From Eledone cirrhosa (taxonomy: Eukaryota), in assembly GCA_964016885.1 (NCBI GenBank), contig OZ024741.1, positions 44,144,001 to 44,208,000 on the forward strand: a DNA stretch of 64,000 bases. Direction: 5' to 3'. The translations under genes were made by a program, and so were the position numbers. Under the pieces are notes generated by a model. It saw nothing but the letters and a program-made list of their open reading frames with translations, was not told the DNA's origin and searched no databases. The stretch's first letter is position 1, and each line of letters begins with the position of its first letter. Of this stretch, positions 1-12,689 are shown piece by piece.

Positions 1-190
1 TCCCACTATCATTGTTCAATTCATCTACCACTAAATTTAGGATGTCAACCGAATCTTGTCCTAGTCCGTCAGCATTAATCTCCTCAGTGGCCGTATCTCT
101 GTTCCAGGTATTATTTATCTCAGTATTCAGACCATCCGGATCATTGTCTGCTTCGGGTGGTTCCTCCGTTCTCTCGACATTTTCCCCTGT
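1..190 (-). mobile_element. Probable 5'-truncated end of an R4/Dong-like non-LTR element continuing off the left edge
   Basis: Minus-strand frame open from the (ATT)n junction at 190 to the window edge (TGENVERTEEPPEADNDPDG...VVDELNNDSG). Same orientation and (TAA)n context as the neighbouring R4/Dong pieces; no diagnostic motif. Confidence 0.35.
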
Positions 191-218
191 ATTATTATTA
201 TTATTATTATTATTATTG

Positions 219-471
219 ATTTTGAGTCTCAGTCATTGATGTTAGTTAACTGGAAAGTTTGTTGAAATGAATATCAAGCCATTACCTGCAGCCTCAGATA
301 TTCAGGACGTATCGGAGGGTTCTTGCTGTTCCCAGCAAGCATGCCTTTTGGAGCGTTCCAAAAATCTTGGCGGGGCCAATTTTTTTTAACCATCCCTGAA
401 AACTTTTTGAGATAGTACCTAGTGCGCCTATGACAATCGGGACCACTTTGACTTTGAAAATCGGGACCACT
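219..471 (-). mobile_element. R4/Dong-like non-LTR retrotransposon, 3' fragment (family A)
   Basis: ORF 294..491 encodes VVPIVIGALGTISK...LQKACLLGTARTLRYVLNI*, the C-terminus of a restriction-like endonuclease. A short 3'UTR runs into (TAA)n. Highly similar to 6241-6764. Confidence 0.8.
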
Positions 472-487
472 ATTATTATTATTATTA

Positions 488-519
<32 letters not shown>

Positions 520-737
520 GAATGCTATGGTTGACGGAGGCTCGGCTCTGTAAGGTATTGTAAATTTTGAACACTATAACAATTGTAAATTGTTTAAAAC
601 TTTAAAGAACTTGTAGACAAAAACACCCTCCTCCTCGTGAGAGGGGTCTTTCTGCCCGTTATTTGGCCCTTCGGGGTTAAATAACTGCTTATTGGGGTTT
701 TGTACCCAATATTTATTTTAAACAAAAAAAAAACAAC

Positions 738-2841
738 ATGGCTACGAAAAAGAAATTTCATAGGTCACTCCCACTCATTCCCTCTTCTTCTTCCTCAATC
801 ATCACTACAGCAGAGAGATGATTGTCTCTCTCCCTCCCTTCTTTAAATGTGTCTCTCTCCCTCCCTTCTCGTTCGCAAGCGAGGAAAGAAAAGAAAAGTC
901 TCGTGCAAAGCGTGCAAGGTTTCTCCACGACGACGACGACAGCGACGAAACAGGTGTGCGGGAAATACGAAAACCCAGTTCATTCGTCTGACGTCAGGAA
1001 TAATAGCAGTAGCAGCCGTAATAACAACAGCAACAGTGACAATGAAAACAACAGTAGCAGCCGCAACAGCATCACCAGCAGCATAAACAACAACAGCATT
1101 AGCAGCAGCAACACCAACAACAACCACAGCTACAGCGGCGGAGGCAGTAGTCGTAGTACCTGCAGCAACAACAAAAGTAACAGCAGCTCTGACAACAACA
1201 ACAACAACAGCAGCAAAGAAAAACCAATCTCATTTGCAGGTATTGCGAAGAACATGGAAACAATCCTCATAACAAATGAGGAATTAGAGGAAGCGAAGAA
1301 GATGGTGACAAAGAATGGACACCGAGCAATCTGCAAGGCAGCGGAAAAAATGTTTCGAAAACCAACAGCACTGTACGGTCACGTACCGTACAGTAAGTAC
1401 AAAATCCCGTAGGGTGGAAAGAGCCACAGAGGCTCAAATACAAAAAGCCTTGGAGTCTGTGTGGCAGCGGAAAACGCACATCACCCGAGGCAAAAAATAT
1501 GCCACCGTAGACGTACTTTTTGCCACACCCCAGGAGGCAAAGGCCCAATCCGTAGTGACCCTAAGGAGCGAGGAAATGGTGTTGGTGCCCTCCTACTGCG
1601 GGCCAAAAATAGTGAGGGTCAAACTGACCCCCCCCCCCCCCCGGATGGCCCCTTCTTGTCTGGCCGCGTCTGTCCTCGTCGGAATCGAGGACAAAACAAC
1701 TGTTCTGCAAGTACAGAAAAAAGTAAGAGAACATTGGGTCGGCACCTCCATTGAGATGCTAATCCAAACCAACCAGGAGTGCATCGAAGCTATCCCGGAT
1801 GTGATAGACTTCGATAACGGCACTCAACTGCCCATAAGTGTTGAGGGAAAACGCCCGAAATGCTTTCGCTGTGGATCGAAGACTCACCTCAGGGCCTTCT
1901 GCAACGAGAAGACCATGAGAAAGGAGAAAACCCCCCTCCTTCCGAAACCGGCTCCACAGCTACCAGCAACAGGACAAGCGGCAACCAGGAACGATAGGTC
2001 CGTGGCACCCATACCCACGCCACGGAAATCAAAAACAGCAGCAGCAGTGAAAATATTAACAACAACAACAGCAATACCAAATGCAGCTGCAACAGAGACT
2101 CCAGTGCAAACATAACCAACAACAACAACTGAAAGAGTGGAGCTGGTACCCCTCCCCAACCTCACAGAATCAGACATGGAGTGTGAGGTGGGAGAGGGAT
2201 GACAAAAGGTCGTAAGAAGGCACAAACGCAGAAGCAGCGCATCGTCGCCTTTGAAAAGGGAGGAAAGAAATGAGAAAAGGGTAAAGTATACTGCAAAGAG
2301 AACCACAGCAGTAACACCACCAACACCATCACCACCCACACTAGCACCACCATCACCAGCGGCGACAACCCCACCGCCAACAACACCTTCAAAACCACCA
2401 CCACAAGCACCAACATCGCAAACACAACAACAAAACACACACACCCAGCAACAGCGACAAGAAAATAGCAGAACCACATCCCACCCCCAGAAAAACAAAT
2501 GCACGGCAATAAATACACACAACAAGAAACTTATGACTTACATAATTGAACACACAGACATTTCACAACAGGACTACATAATACCAGCACCAATCAAAAC
2601 GTCAACTAACATAAGACTGCTAAAAATAGCACAGAAACAATACACAAACATTAAAACGAAATTCCCCAACGCAGTTGGTGATTTCAGGCACCTAGGAGGA
2701 ACTATCAATCGAAGAGTATATTCAGACATTCTCTTAGAAGAGCCGACGACCAGCCGAAGGGACGATTCAACGGTCCCTTTCCCAGGCAATCAAGTGAAAA
2801 GGGATGTAAAAACCATCCCTCCTCTACGAAAAGTACGGTAA
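738..2841 (+). pseudogene. ORF1 (gag-like nucleic-acid-binding protein) of LINE copy 1, disrupted
   Basis: ATG at 738; pieces 822..1412, 1315..2115, 2251..2841. CCHC knuckle CFRCGSKTHLRAFC; S/N- and P/T-rich linkers. In-frame stops and a frameshift near 1350. Confidence 0.8.
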
Positions 2842-2875
2842 GTGGTCTTTCCCATCTTTTCCACTCCATTTGAAC

Positions 2876-5479
2876 ATGACTTCACTCAGAATAGGCAGCA
2901 TAAATGCGCGTGGCTTGGGGTCGTCATGGAAGCAAGGTCACCTGCTCAACGACCTCAGGTCACTAAACATATATGTAGTGGCCATCAGCGAGACCAGAAT
3001 CTCCGAAGCACGGGCCTTCGCACCGATCTTCGGCGGCTACGATGTGTATGCATCTCCCAGCAGTCCTGGATCGGGGGGAGGAGCTGCTGTGCTTTTTCGG
3101 AGAGATTTGGATCACGCCATACGGGCCATCCTCCTGGACCCAGAGGGTAAGCTGGTGGTGCTGGAACAAAGCCACGATCCGGTCTTTGGTGGACCACGAC
3201 GGGCGCATGCTACTCGATCCCGGGCAAATGTGTGAAGCTTTTCAGCGATACTTCGCTCAGCTGTTCGGGGGAAAGTGGGCCGTGTCGAGGGATGGACTTA
3301 GTGTCTGCCTCGACGGACTGCCGCGGCTCTCGGCCACTGAGGCGAAGTGTTGCGAAAAGCCGATAACAGCCGCTGAAGTAAGGGAGGTACTGACTGGCTG
3401 CACAAGGGGTAAATCGCCTGGTTTGGATGGTCTGCCCATTAACTTTACGTACAGATGCCAGACTTGTTCGGAGGCCTATTGGCGGACGTCTACTGCAACT
3501 GGCAACAGAACGGGAGAATTCCCGGTTCTGTGAGCCGAGGAGCGGTGGCACTGCTGAGAAAGGATCCGAACAAGGGGGATAACATAGATAATTTCCGGCC
3601 CATAACTCTGCAAAACACAGAGTTCAAGGTTTTGGCCAAGGTGCTAGCAAAGAGGTTGGCGCTTGTCGTTGGTGGTCTAGTGGGAGAGGCGCAGATATGC
3701 GCCATTCCCGACAGATCCATCCACGACAACCTCCACCTCATGCGATACATCGTAGAGAGGGTAGCTAGGGAACCTGGCACGGGTGGGTCCTTGATCAATT
3801 TAGATCAGTCGAAAGCTTTTGATAGGGTCGACCATCGTTACCTAGCGGCAGTCCTGAGGGCGGCTGGCTTTGGGCCCGTCTTCAGAGGCTGGATCGCTGC
3901 CTTGCACAGCGACATCTGCTCTGTGGTGAGAGTGAACGGTCACCTGTCGTAACCGTTCAACATCATGCGCTCGGTCCGCCAAGGATGTCCCCTCTCGCCC
4001 CTCTTGTACGTATTGACTCTCGAGCCATTACTGCACAAACTGGCGACGTTGAGGGTTGGTGGGGGGTGGGGGGTCCCGCGCATACTAGGATGCGGAAGAT
4101 CCGTGTCAGCATATGCGGACGATGTCACCGTAGTGGTGTCGAACGCCAAACACATCGAGGCGATCGGCACTACACTAAGAGAATACGAAGCGGTGACAGG
4201 AGCAATGATCAACCAGGAAAAGTCAGTGGGCCTGCAGCTCGGCACCTGGAGAGGCAGTTCCATGCTGTCCAACAGCGTCGTCGGACGCTGGACGGACGGA
4301 CCGGTTCAATTGCTAGGGGTCTGGTTCGGTCCGGACCTCCAGACGGACAAAAACTGGGACGAGGTGACGAGCAGGGTGGCTTCTCTCACCCAGAAATGGG
4401 CCGAGAGGAAGCTATCCCTGAAAGGTCGAGCGGAGGTGGCTAACGCGTACATCGCGTCCGTCATCTGCTACCGCCTGACCGTCGTACCTTGTCCTAAGCC
4501 TCGCCTGACTGCGCTGGTGCGTTTGCTCCTTCGCTTTTTGTGGAAGGGACGCGCTCCGATGATCAGGCGGTCCATCTGTTGTCAACACCCGCTACGTGGA
4601 GGGCTGGGCATGCCGTGGCTGATGATGCGCAGGCACCCGCTCAGGCTACGACATCTCCACCTCTTCCTCGACGGTGATCAGGTGTGGTCACTGTCTGCTA
4701 GACGCGTATTTCCCCAGCTCGTTTACTTGACGGAGGTGCAGCCCTGGGTCAAGCGAAGACCGAAAGGGAGCACCTGGAGACTGGAATGTCTTCAGGCGCT
4801 CACAGCCCTCGACCAATCGGGCAATGTGATCGGTGGAAACTCCACCTCGGCGTTCTATAGAGGATTAGTGGAGGGGAAGAGCGACGACGTACTTGGGGAA
4901 ACTCTAGGTGTCGACGAAAATCAACTAGCCAATGTCTTCGGAAGAACTTTTGGGCCAGGGCCTATGGACAACTTCCAGAAATCTCTGGCCTGGCAGTGCT
5001 ACCGAGGAGCCTTGCCAGTTCGGGATAAATTCTACAGGCATGGAGGTGCCGTTCGCCTGGCATGTCCGAGATGCGCGCAGGGCGACGAAACCGTCCTGCA
5101 CGCACTCGTCCAGTGTCCGAAAATTGCTGACATGTGGGTTTATGTCGAACACCTGCTGTCGCGCTTAGGACGGATCCGGCTATCATCTGAGTCCATCGTG
5201 AGGATTGCCCCGCCCTCCTCCTTTAGCCGGGAAGGGCAGGCAGTTTTTATCTGTCTGGTGGCTATGGTGAAAGAGATAGTATGGTGGACACGTTTGAAAG
5301 GGCTGAAGACGAGCACTTACCTCTTCGGTGATGCTCTGATTGACTTTTTCAAATTTCATTTGAAAAGGAAAATCAGAGTAGAGAGGGAAGTGCTCTCTTC
5401 CCAGCATTTTGTTGAAAGATGGGTGAGAGAAGCAAGAATGGCCCGAGTGAATGGGCCTACTCTGAGTATATATCTCTAA
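2876..5479 (+). pseudogene. ORF2 (APE-RT-zinc finger) of LINE copy 1, internally deleted and frameshifted
   Basis: MTSLRIGSINARGL..ISET (APE start), KSPGLDGLP, NFRPITL, LDQSKAFDRVDH, RQGCPLSPLLY, YADD (~4112), CPRC..ETVLHALVQC. Confidence 0.9.
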
Positions 5480-5726
5480 ATTAAAGGTGGAAAACTGGGA
5501 GAGGGCACTTGCCTTGTTGGTCAGGGTCATTGTGGCTTTTTACTGGGCTTTCTCCACAAATGTCCCTCCGAAGTCTCCCCCCTATTGGGAATTTTTAATT
5601 GTTATTTTTTGTTACATCCCCTGTTTTTGTTTTTTACACGCAGAAATGCCCATTTGTACCGTCCTGTATTGTCCTGCACTGTCCTTAATGTCTACTTTAT
5701 GTAAACCCTTGTGGTTAATAAAGAAA

Positions 5727-5769
<43 letters not shown>

Positions 5770-6195
5770 AGTTGCATTTATCTTGCTTTATGTTCATACG
5801 AGTTATCACCAAGTCACAACCAGTGACATCAAGAGACATTAAGGTCCGCCATGTTCAAGAAAGAACATACATATTCACACATGCATCTTTAGTGTTTAGA
5901 CTTATGATGTACTTATATTGACAGAATCTTCCTTAGTATATGGGCAGTTCCCATTAGTACTATCTTTTGTATTTCTCCTATACGCGGGTTTCCTGGGATT
6001 TGCGATAAGTAATCATTAGACCCCTTAGGTATCATTCCCAGAGCGCCTACAACCACTGGTATTGTTTTAGTTCTCAATTTCCACATTTTTCCAATTTCTA
6101 TCTCCAGGTCCTTATACTTGCTCAATTTTTCAAATGTTTTTATAGATACATTCTTGTCTATTGGAACAGACAAATCAATTAGCAGGCATACCCTC
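5770..6195 (-). mobile_element. R4/Dong-like 3' fragment (family B)
   Basis: ORF 5913..6173: EKLSKYKDLEIEI...IPVVVGALG...IQKIVLMGTAHILRKILSI*. 3'UTR differs from family A; bounded by (ATT)n. Confidence 0.8.
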
Positions 6196-6229
<34 letters not shown>

Positions 6230-6240
6230 GTTATTGTTAT

Positions 6241-6764
6241 TCCTTGAATCTCAGTCATTGATGTTGGTTAACTGGAAAGTCCGTTGGATTGAATATCAAG
6301 CCACTACCTGCAGCCTCAGATATTCAGGACGTATCGGAGGGTTCTTGCTGTTCCAAGCAAGCATGTCTTTTGAAGCGTTCCAAAAAGCGTGAAGGGGCCG
6401 ATTTTCTTTAACCATCCCTGGAAACTTTGGGAGATAGTCCCCAGTGCGCCTATGACAATCGGGATCACTTTGACTTCATGGCAGTTCCAAATCCTTTTCA
6501 CCTCCCACTTTAGGTCCTGGTATCGGTTAATTTTCTCCCTCTCCTTCTCTTGCACTCTCGTGTCGAACGGGCAGGCCACATCCACAATCAGGCACGATCT
6601 TTTTTCTTTGTCCACAACCACCAGGTCAGGTCTATTGTGTTCCAGTTTTTTGTCCGTCTGTATCCTAAAATCCCACAGCACCTTCACCTGATTGTTCTCC
6701 ATCACCGCCTCTGGCCTATGCTCATACCATTTCTCAGAATGTGGTAGATTGTTTACTTTGCACA
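6241..6764 (-). mobile_element. R4/Dong-like 3' fragment (family A) with restriction-like endonuclease
   Basis: ORF 6316..6705: LWDFRIQTD..HNRPDLVVVD..IVDVACP..EKINRYQDL (PD..D RLE motif). Bounded by (ATT)n. Confidence 0.88.
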
Positions 6765-6765
6765 G

Positions 6766-6852
<87 letters not shown>
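6766..6852. repeat. (ATT)n microsatellite (other segments at 191-218, 472-519, 5729-5769, 6197-6241, 12651-12688)
   Basis: Perfect ATT run visible in sequence. Confidence 0.97.
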
Positions 6853-7065
6853 GGCGACCTACGTAGTAAATCGTATCATCGTGAGGTCCGCAAAGGTTTG
6901 TTATTTTCAGTCGTTTAAAATTGCCATTTATGGAAAATTTTTATTGTTAACTGTATATAAGTGCACATACATTGTTATCTGAAAATGACACCCCAAAAGA
7001 TTGGGGCCTTGAGCCTAAAATTTATTTTTTATAATTATCAAACAAAAATTTTTCTTTGAAAAATC

Positions 7066-8937
7066 ATGGCCGACACAAAGTCACTCCTTCCTCACAACCT
7101 AACACCTCACATTGACACAACCATTGTAAATATTACTACGTTTGCCAGCACTAAAAATATAAACAGTAGCAATATTTTAAATTTGTAACAGGCAGACATT
7201 CATTTCCCGCCATTACCAATGACTGCAGGTTTTAAAGCCCCCCCCCCCCCCCCCCCCCACACACACACACCCCACCACCACCACCACAGCGATAACAGAA
7301 ACAAAAGAAAAAAATAAATTAACTCGTGATATCGAAATGAATTCAACCAAAATAAACTCTTCCACACCGAACACCACTGACGCCACCACCACAACAACTG
7401 AAACTAAAATTAATAATAACGAAAATAACGATAACAACAGCAGCAACAATGAGATTAAGAAAATCACCCTGAGTTTTGCCAGAGTAGCAAAACAGTGCGA
7501 AGCATTTCAGGCAACTCAGGAGAAATTAGAAGAAGCCAAAAAAATGGTAAAGAAAGATGGGCCCCACCCACCTAATAAAATGGAGCATCGGCGCCTATGC
7601 ACGGTGTCTTATCGAACAATTAATATAAAATCGCGCCGAATGGAGCGGGCATCCGGGTTACAAATCCATAAAGCTTTGGGACAGGTGTGAGCAAAAAAAA
7701 CCACATCAGACGTGGGCAGAAATATGGAACCGTGGACGTTTTCTTTGAAACACCACAGGAGGCTAGAGAACACTCCATGGAACCATTAAGAAGTGACGAC
7801 TTCACACTCGTCCCAAACTATTGTGGCCAGAGACTCGTAAAGATCAGAGTGACCCACGTTCCACCGGCCATCGAAATTCCCTGGCTAATAGCTGCCGTCC
7901 TCGCCGGCATCGAAGCCAACACCAAGATAATCGAAATAGCGAAAGAAAAGCAGGAGAACTGGTCCGGATCTGAGATAGAGCTCCTGATCCAAGCGAACCA
8001 AAAGAGCATTGAGGAGATCCCAGAGGTAATAGACCTCACTGACGGCAGCCACCTCACCGTAATCGTCGAGGGCAGAAGACCTAGGTGTGTCGTTTGTGGT
8101 GAAGGAACCCACCTAAGGGCTTTCTGCTGTCGGGCTAAAATGTTGAGGCCACCTCTCTTGCCCACCCCATTGACTCAACCATCAACACCACCAGCAGCAG
8201 AGATGGCAGCAACAACTGTAGCAGCAACAACAGGAGCAACTGTAACATCAACAACCCCAGCAACAGTAGCAAAACCAACACCACCACCTGTGGAGGATTT
8301 TCCACTCTCCGGCCTATCACAACTGGAGACAGATTGTGACGACGAGGTATGGGAAACGGTATGAGGAAAAAAGAAAAAAAGAAACCAAAAAAGAAAACAT
8401 TCTCTTCCCTCCCCCTCCAAAAAGAAAATACAGAGGGAAACAAATAAACTATCAAACAAAAAAGTTAGGACAGATATGCCTCCATCCAAACCAGCATCAC
8501 CAAACCTATCACCACAAACACCAACACCATCACCATCATTAACCCAAACACCACCATCACCAACACCACAAAAGTCACCAAAAAGCGAAACAGAAACAAA
8601 CTCACAACAAACGCAAACAAAACAAAACAACCAAAACGATACACACTACACAGCATTAAATTTGAACAACAACCAATTATTACACTACATGCAACACAAC
8701 ACCAGCATCACAGAAAAAGACTACACAACAAACCAAAAGTTCACACCACCTCCACACATACAAATCACTCGCATCACACAGAAAATGTACACGACACTAA
8801 AACAAAAATTCACCAAAGACATCCGAGACTTCCGACAAGCACTCTCCAGGAGGATTTATACGGACATCCTTCCAGAGGAGGCCAGAAGCAGTCAAAGGGA
8901 TGGACAAACCATCCTTCCTCTACGAGAAGTAAGGTAA
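7066..8937 (+). pseudogene. ORF1 of LINE copy 2, disrupted
   Basis: ATG at 7066; pieces 7337..7690, 7687..8364, 8476..8937. Knuckle CVVCGEGTHLRAFC. Homologous to but divergent from copy 1 ORF1. Confidence 0.8.
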
Positions 8938-8971
8938 GTGGTCTTTCCCATCTTTTCCACTCCATTTGAAC

Positions 8972-11900
8972 ATGACCTCACTCAGAATAGGCAGCATAAA
9001 TGCGCGTGGCTTGGGGTCGTCATGGAAGCAGGGCCACCTGCTCAACGACCTCAGGTTACTAAACATAGATGTAGTGGCCATCAGCGAGACCAGAATCTCC
9101 GAAGCAAGGGCCTTCGTACCGATCTTCGGCGGCTACGATGTGTACGCATTTCCCAGGCGTCCTGGATCGGGGGGGGGGGGGGGGGAGTTGCTGTGCTTTT
9201 TCGGAGAGGTTTGGATCTCGCCATACGGGCCATCTTCCTGGACCCAGAAGGTAAGTTGGAGGTGCTGGACGTGACCAGCGGAGACGGGCTAGCTTTAAGG
9301 CTAGTGGCTGTCTATGCCCCGACAGGAGCAGGGCGGCCTGATTTCTCCCAGCGTCTGGATACCTTTCTTGGAACGTCCCGCTATTTAGTGTTAGTGGGCG
9401 ACTGGAAGGGGATCTTAGATGCACGCTGGGACTGTGTGGGATTAGCGTATAGGGGAGGAGGGTGCAAGAGCCTCACCAACCTGCTCAGGCGTTTTGAACT
9501 GTCTGGCAGGTACCGATTGTATTTCCTGAATGTACCAATGTGGACTTGGACAAATAGGGTCATCCAGATCATATCTAGATAGAGTATTTTGTAGGGAAAT
9601 AGATAGGTCTAGCATAGGCTGTCTACAATTCAAGATAGTCAGCTACACGGACACCTAATTCGTGATCTGTGTGCTTGACTTAGATAGGCTTCATAGACGA
9701 GGACCCGGCTACTGGAAGCTAAACGCGTCCTTACCAGCGCGCAAAGCCTACAGAGACCGGATTAGCGAACTAGTTAAGCGGGCGTTGACGGGGGCCATCG
9801 TGAACAACAAGTGGTGGTTTGCACTGAAAACAGCGATTAGAATAGAGTCCATTAGGTTTAGTAAGGCTTTAGCAATAGAGAAAAATAGAACAGAGGGAGA
9901 ACTAGTTAGAAAATTAGACGAGGGGCTTAACAAAGGCATCGCCACAGACGTACTAGCAGCGAAATTGGCCCTTGACCAATTCTTCAATGCAAAGCACGAA
10001 GGCTGCGTTGCCAGAGCTAGGGTGCGTGCTCTCAGACACGAGGAGACGAAAGCCGTTCAATGGGCCCCGGTGGCGGAGGCGCTTCGTGGCAACAAAGCCA
10101 CGATCCGGTTGGTGGACCACGACGGGCGCATGCTACTCGATCCCAGGCAAATGTGTGAAGCTTTCCAGCGACATTTCGCCCAGCTGTTCGGGGGCAGCGG
10201 TGGGCCGGGTCGAGGGATGGACTTTAGTGTCTAACTCGACGGACTGTCGCGGCTCTCGGCCACTGAGGCCGAGTGTTGCGAAAAGCCGATAACAGCCGAT
10301 GAATTACGGGAGTCAATGACTGGCTGCACAAGGGGTAAACCACCTGGTTTGGATGGTCTGCCCTATGAACTTTACGTACAGATGCCAGACTTGTTCGGAG
10401 GCCTCTTGGCGGACGTCTACTGCAACTGGCAACAGAACGGGAGAATTCCCAGCTCTGTGAGCCGAGGAGCGGTGGCGCTGCTTAGAAAGGATCCGAACAA
10501 GGGGGATAACATAGATAATTTCAGGCCCATAACTCTGCTAAACACAGAGTTCAAGATTTTGGCCAAGGTGCTAGCAAAGAAGTTGGCGCTTGTCGTTGGT
10601 GGTCTGGTGGGAGAGGCGCAGATCCATCCACGACAACCTCCACCTCATGCGATATATTGTAAGGAGGGTAGCTATGGAACCTGGCACTGGTGGGTCCTTG
10701 ATCAATTTAGATTAGTCGAAAGCTTTCGATAGGGACGACCATCGTTACCTAGCGGCAGTCCTGGAGCGGCTGGCTTTGGGCCCGTCTTCAGAGGCTGGAT
10801 CGCTGCCCTGCACAACCTCTGCTCTGTGGTGAGATTGAACGGTCACCTTTCGGAACCGTTCAACATCATGCACTTGGTCCGCCAAGGATGTACCCGCTCG
10901 TCCCTCTTGTACGTATTGATTCTCGCGCCATTACTGCACAAACTGGAGACGTTGAGGGTGGGTGGGGGGTGGGGGTCCCGCGCGAACTAGGATGCGGAAG
11001 ATCCGTGTCAGCATATGCGGACGATGTCACCGTAGTGGTGTCGAACGCCAAACACATCGAGGCGATCGGCACTACACTAAGAGAATACGAAGCGGTGACA
11101 GGTGCAATGATCAACCAGGAAAAGTCAGTGGGCCTGCAGCTCGACACCTGGAGAGGCAGGTCCATGCCGTCCAACAGCGTCGTCGGGCGCTGGACGGACG
11201 GACCCGTTAAATTGCTAGGGTTATGGTTCGGTCCGGACCTCCAGACGGACAAAAACTGGGACGAGGTGACGAGCAGGGTGGCTTCTCTCACCCAGAAATG
11301 GGCCGAGAGGAAGCTATCCCTGAAAAGTCGAGCGAAGGTGGCTAACGCGTACATCGCGTCCGTCATCTACTACCGCCTGACCGTCGTACCTTGTCCTCAG
11401 CCCCGCCTGACTGCGCTGGAGCGTTTGCTCTTTCGCTTTTTTGTGGAAGGGACGCGCTCCGATGGTCAGGCGGTCCATCTGCTGTCAACACCCGCTACGT
11501 GGAGGGCTCGGCATGCCGTGGCTGATGATGCGCAGACACGCGCTCAGGCTACGACAACTCCACCTCTTCCTCGACGGTGATCAGGTGTGGTCGCCGTTTG
11601 CTAGAGACGTCTTTCCCCAGCTCGTCTCCTTGACGGAGCTGCAGTCCTGGGTCAAGCGAAGACCGAGAGGGAGCGCTTGGAGACTGGAATGTCTTCAGGC
11701 GCTCATAGCCCTCGACTAATCGGGCAATGTGATCGGTGGAAACTCCACCTTGGCGTTCTATAGAGGATTAGTGGAGGGGAAGAGCGACGACGTACTACGA
11801 GAAACTCTAGGTGTCGACGAAAATCAACTAGCCAATCTCTTCGGAAGGACTTTCGGGCCGGGGCCTATGGGAAACTTCCAGAAATCCCTGGCCTGGCAGT

Positions 11901-12382
11901 GCTACCGACGAGCTTTGCCAGTTCGGGATAAACTCTACAGGCATGGAGGTGCCGTCAGCCGGGCATGTCCGAGATGCGCGCAGGGCGACGAAACCGTCCT
12001 GCAGGCACTCGTCCAGTGTCCGAGCACTGCTGACTTGTGGGTTTATGTCGAACACCTGCTGTCACGTGTAGGACGGATTCAGCTATCAGCTGAGTCCATT
12101 GTGGGGATTGCTCCGCCCTCTTCCTTTAGCCGGGAAGGGCAGGCAGTTTTTATCTGTCTGGTGGCCATGGCGAAAGAGATAGTATGGTGGACACGTTTGA
12201 AAGGGCTGAAGAGGAGTACTTACCTCTTCGGTGATGCCCTGATTAACTTTTTCAAATTTCATTTGAAAAGGGTAATCAGGGTAGAGAGGGAAGTGCTTTC
12301 TTCCCAGCATTTTGTTGAAAGATGGGCGAGAGAAGCAAGTATGGCCCGGGTGAATGGGCCTACTCTGAGTATGTGTCTGTAA
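8972..12382 (+). pseudogene. ORF2 (APE-RT-zinc finger) of LINE copy 2, multiple stops/frameshifts
   Basis: APE motifs (INARGL, VAVYAP, LVGDW, YLDR-like), GPGYWKLN, PGLDGLPYE, YADD (~11014), CPRC...QC. Confidence 0.9.
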
Positions 12383-12689
12383 ATTAAAGGTGGAAAACTG
12401 GGAGAGGGCACTTGCCCTGTTGGTCAGGGTCACTGTGGCCTTTTAATGGGCTTTCTCCACAAATGTTCCTTGGAAGTCTCCCCCCTATTGGGGATTTTTC
12501 ATTGTTATTTTTTTTATTACATCCTCTGGGTTTTTTTTACACGCAGAAATGCCTATTTGTACTGTCCTGTATTCTCCTGTACTGTCCTTAATGTCTACTT
12601 TATGTAAACCCTTGTGGTTAATAAAGAAAATAAAAAAACAAAAACAAAACATTATTATTATTATTATTATTATTTTATTATTATTATTT

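Larger units (their letters stand above)
520..5726 (+). mobile_element. L1/Tx1-like non-LTR retrotransposon copy 1 (near full length, defective) inserted in (ATT)n
   Basis: 5'UTR, ORF1 with zinc knuckle, ORF2 with APE, RT and C-terminal Zn finger, AATAAA at 5717 plus short A tail. (ATT)n on both sides. Confidence 0.9.
6853..12649 (+). mobile_element. L1/Tx1-like non-LTR retrotransposon copy 2 (full length, defective) inserted in (ATT)n
   Basis: Same organisation as copy 1. AATAAA at ~12620 and A-rich tail to 12649, then (ATT)n. Confidence 0.9.

Noticed and set aside
843-12433. Antisense and alternate-frame ORFs over the two LINEs
   Set aside because: Shadow frames of GC-richer or low-complexity coding sequence; no motifs.
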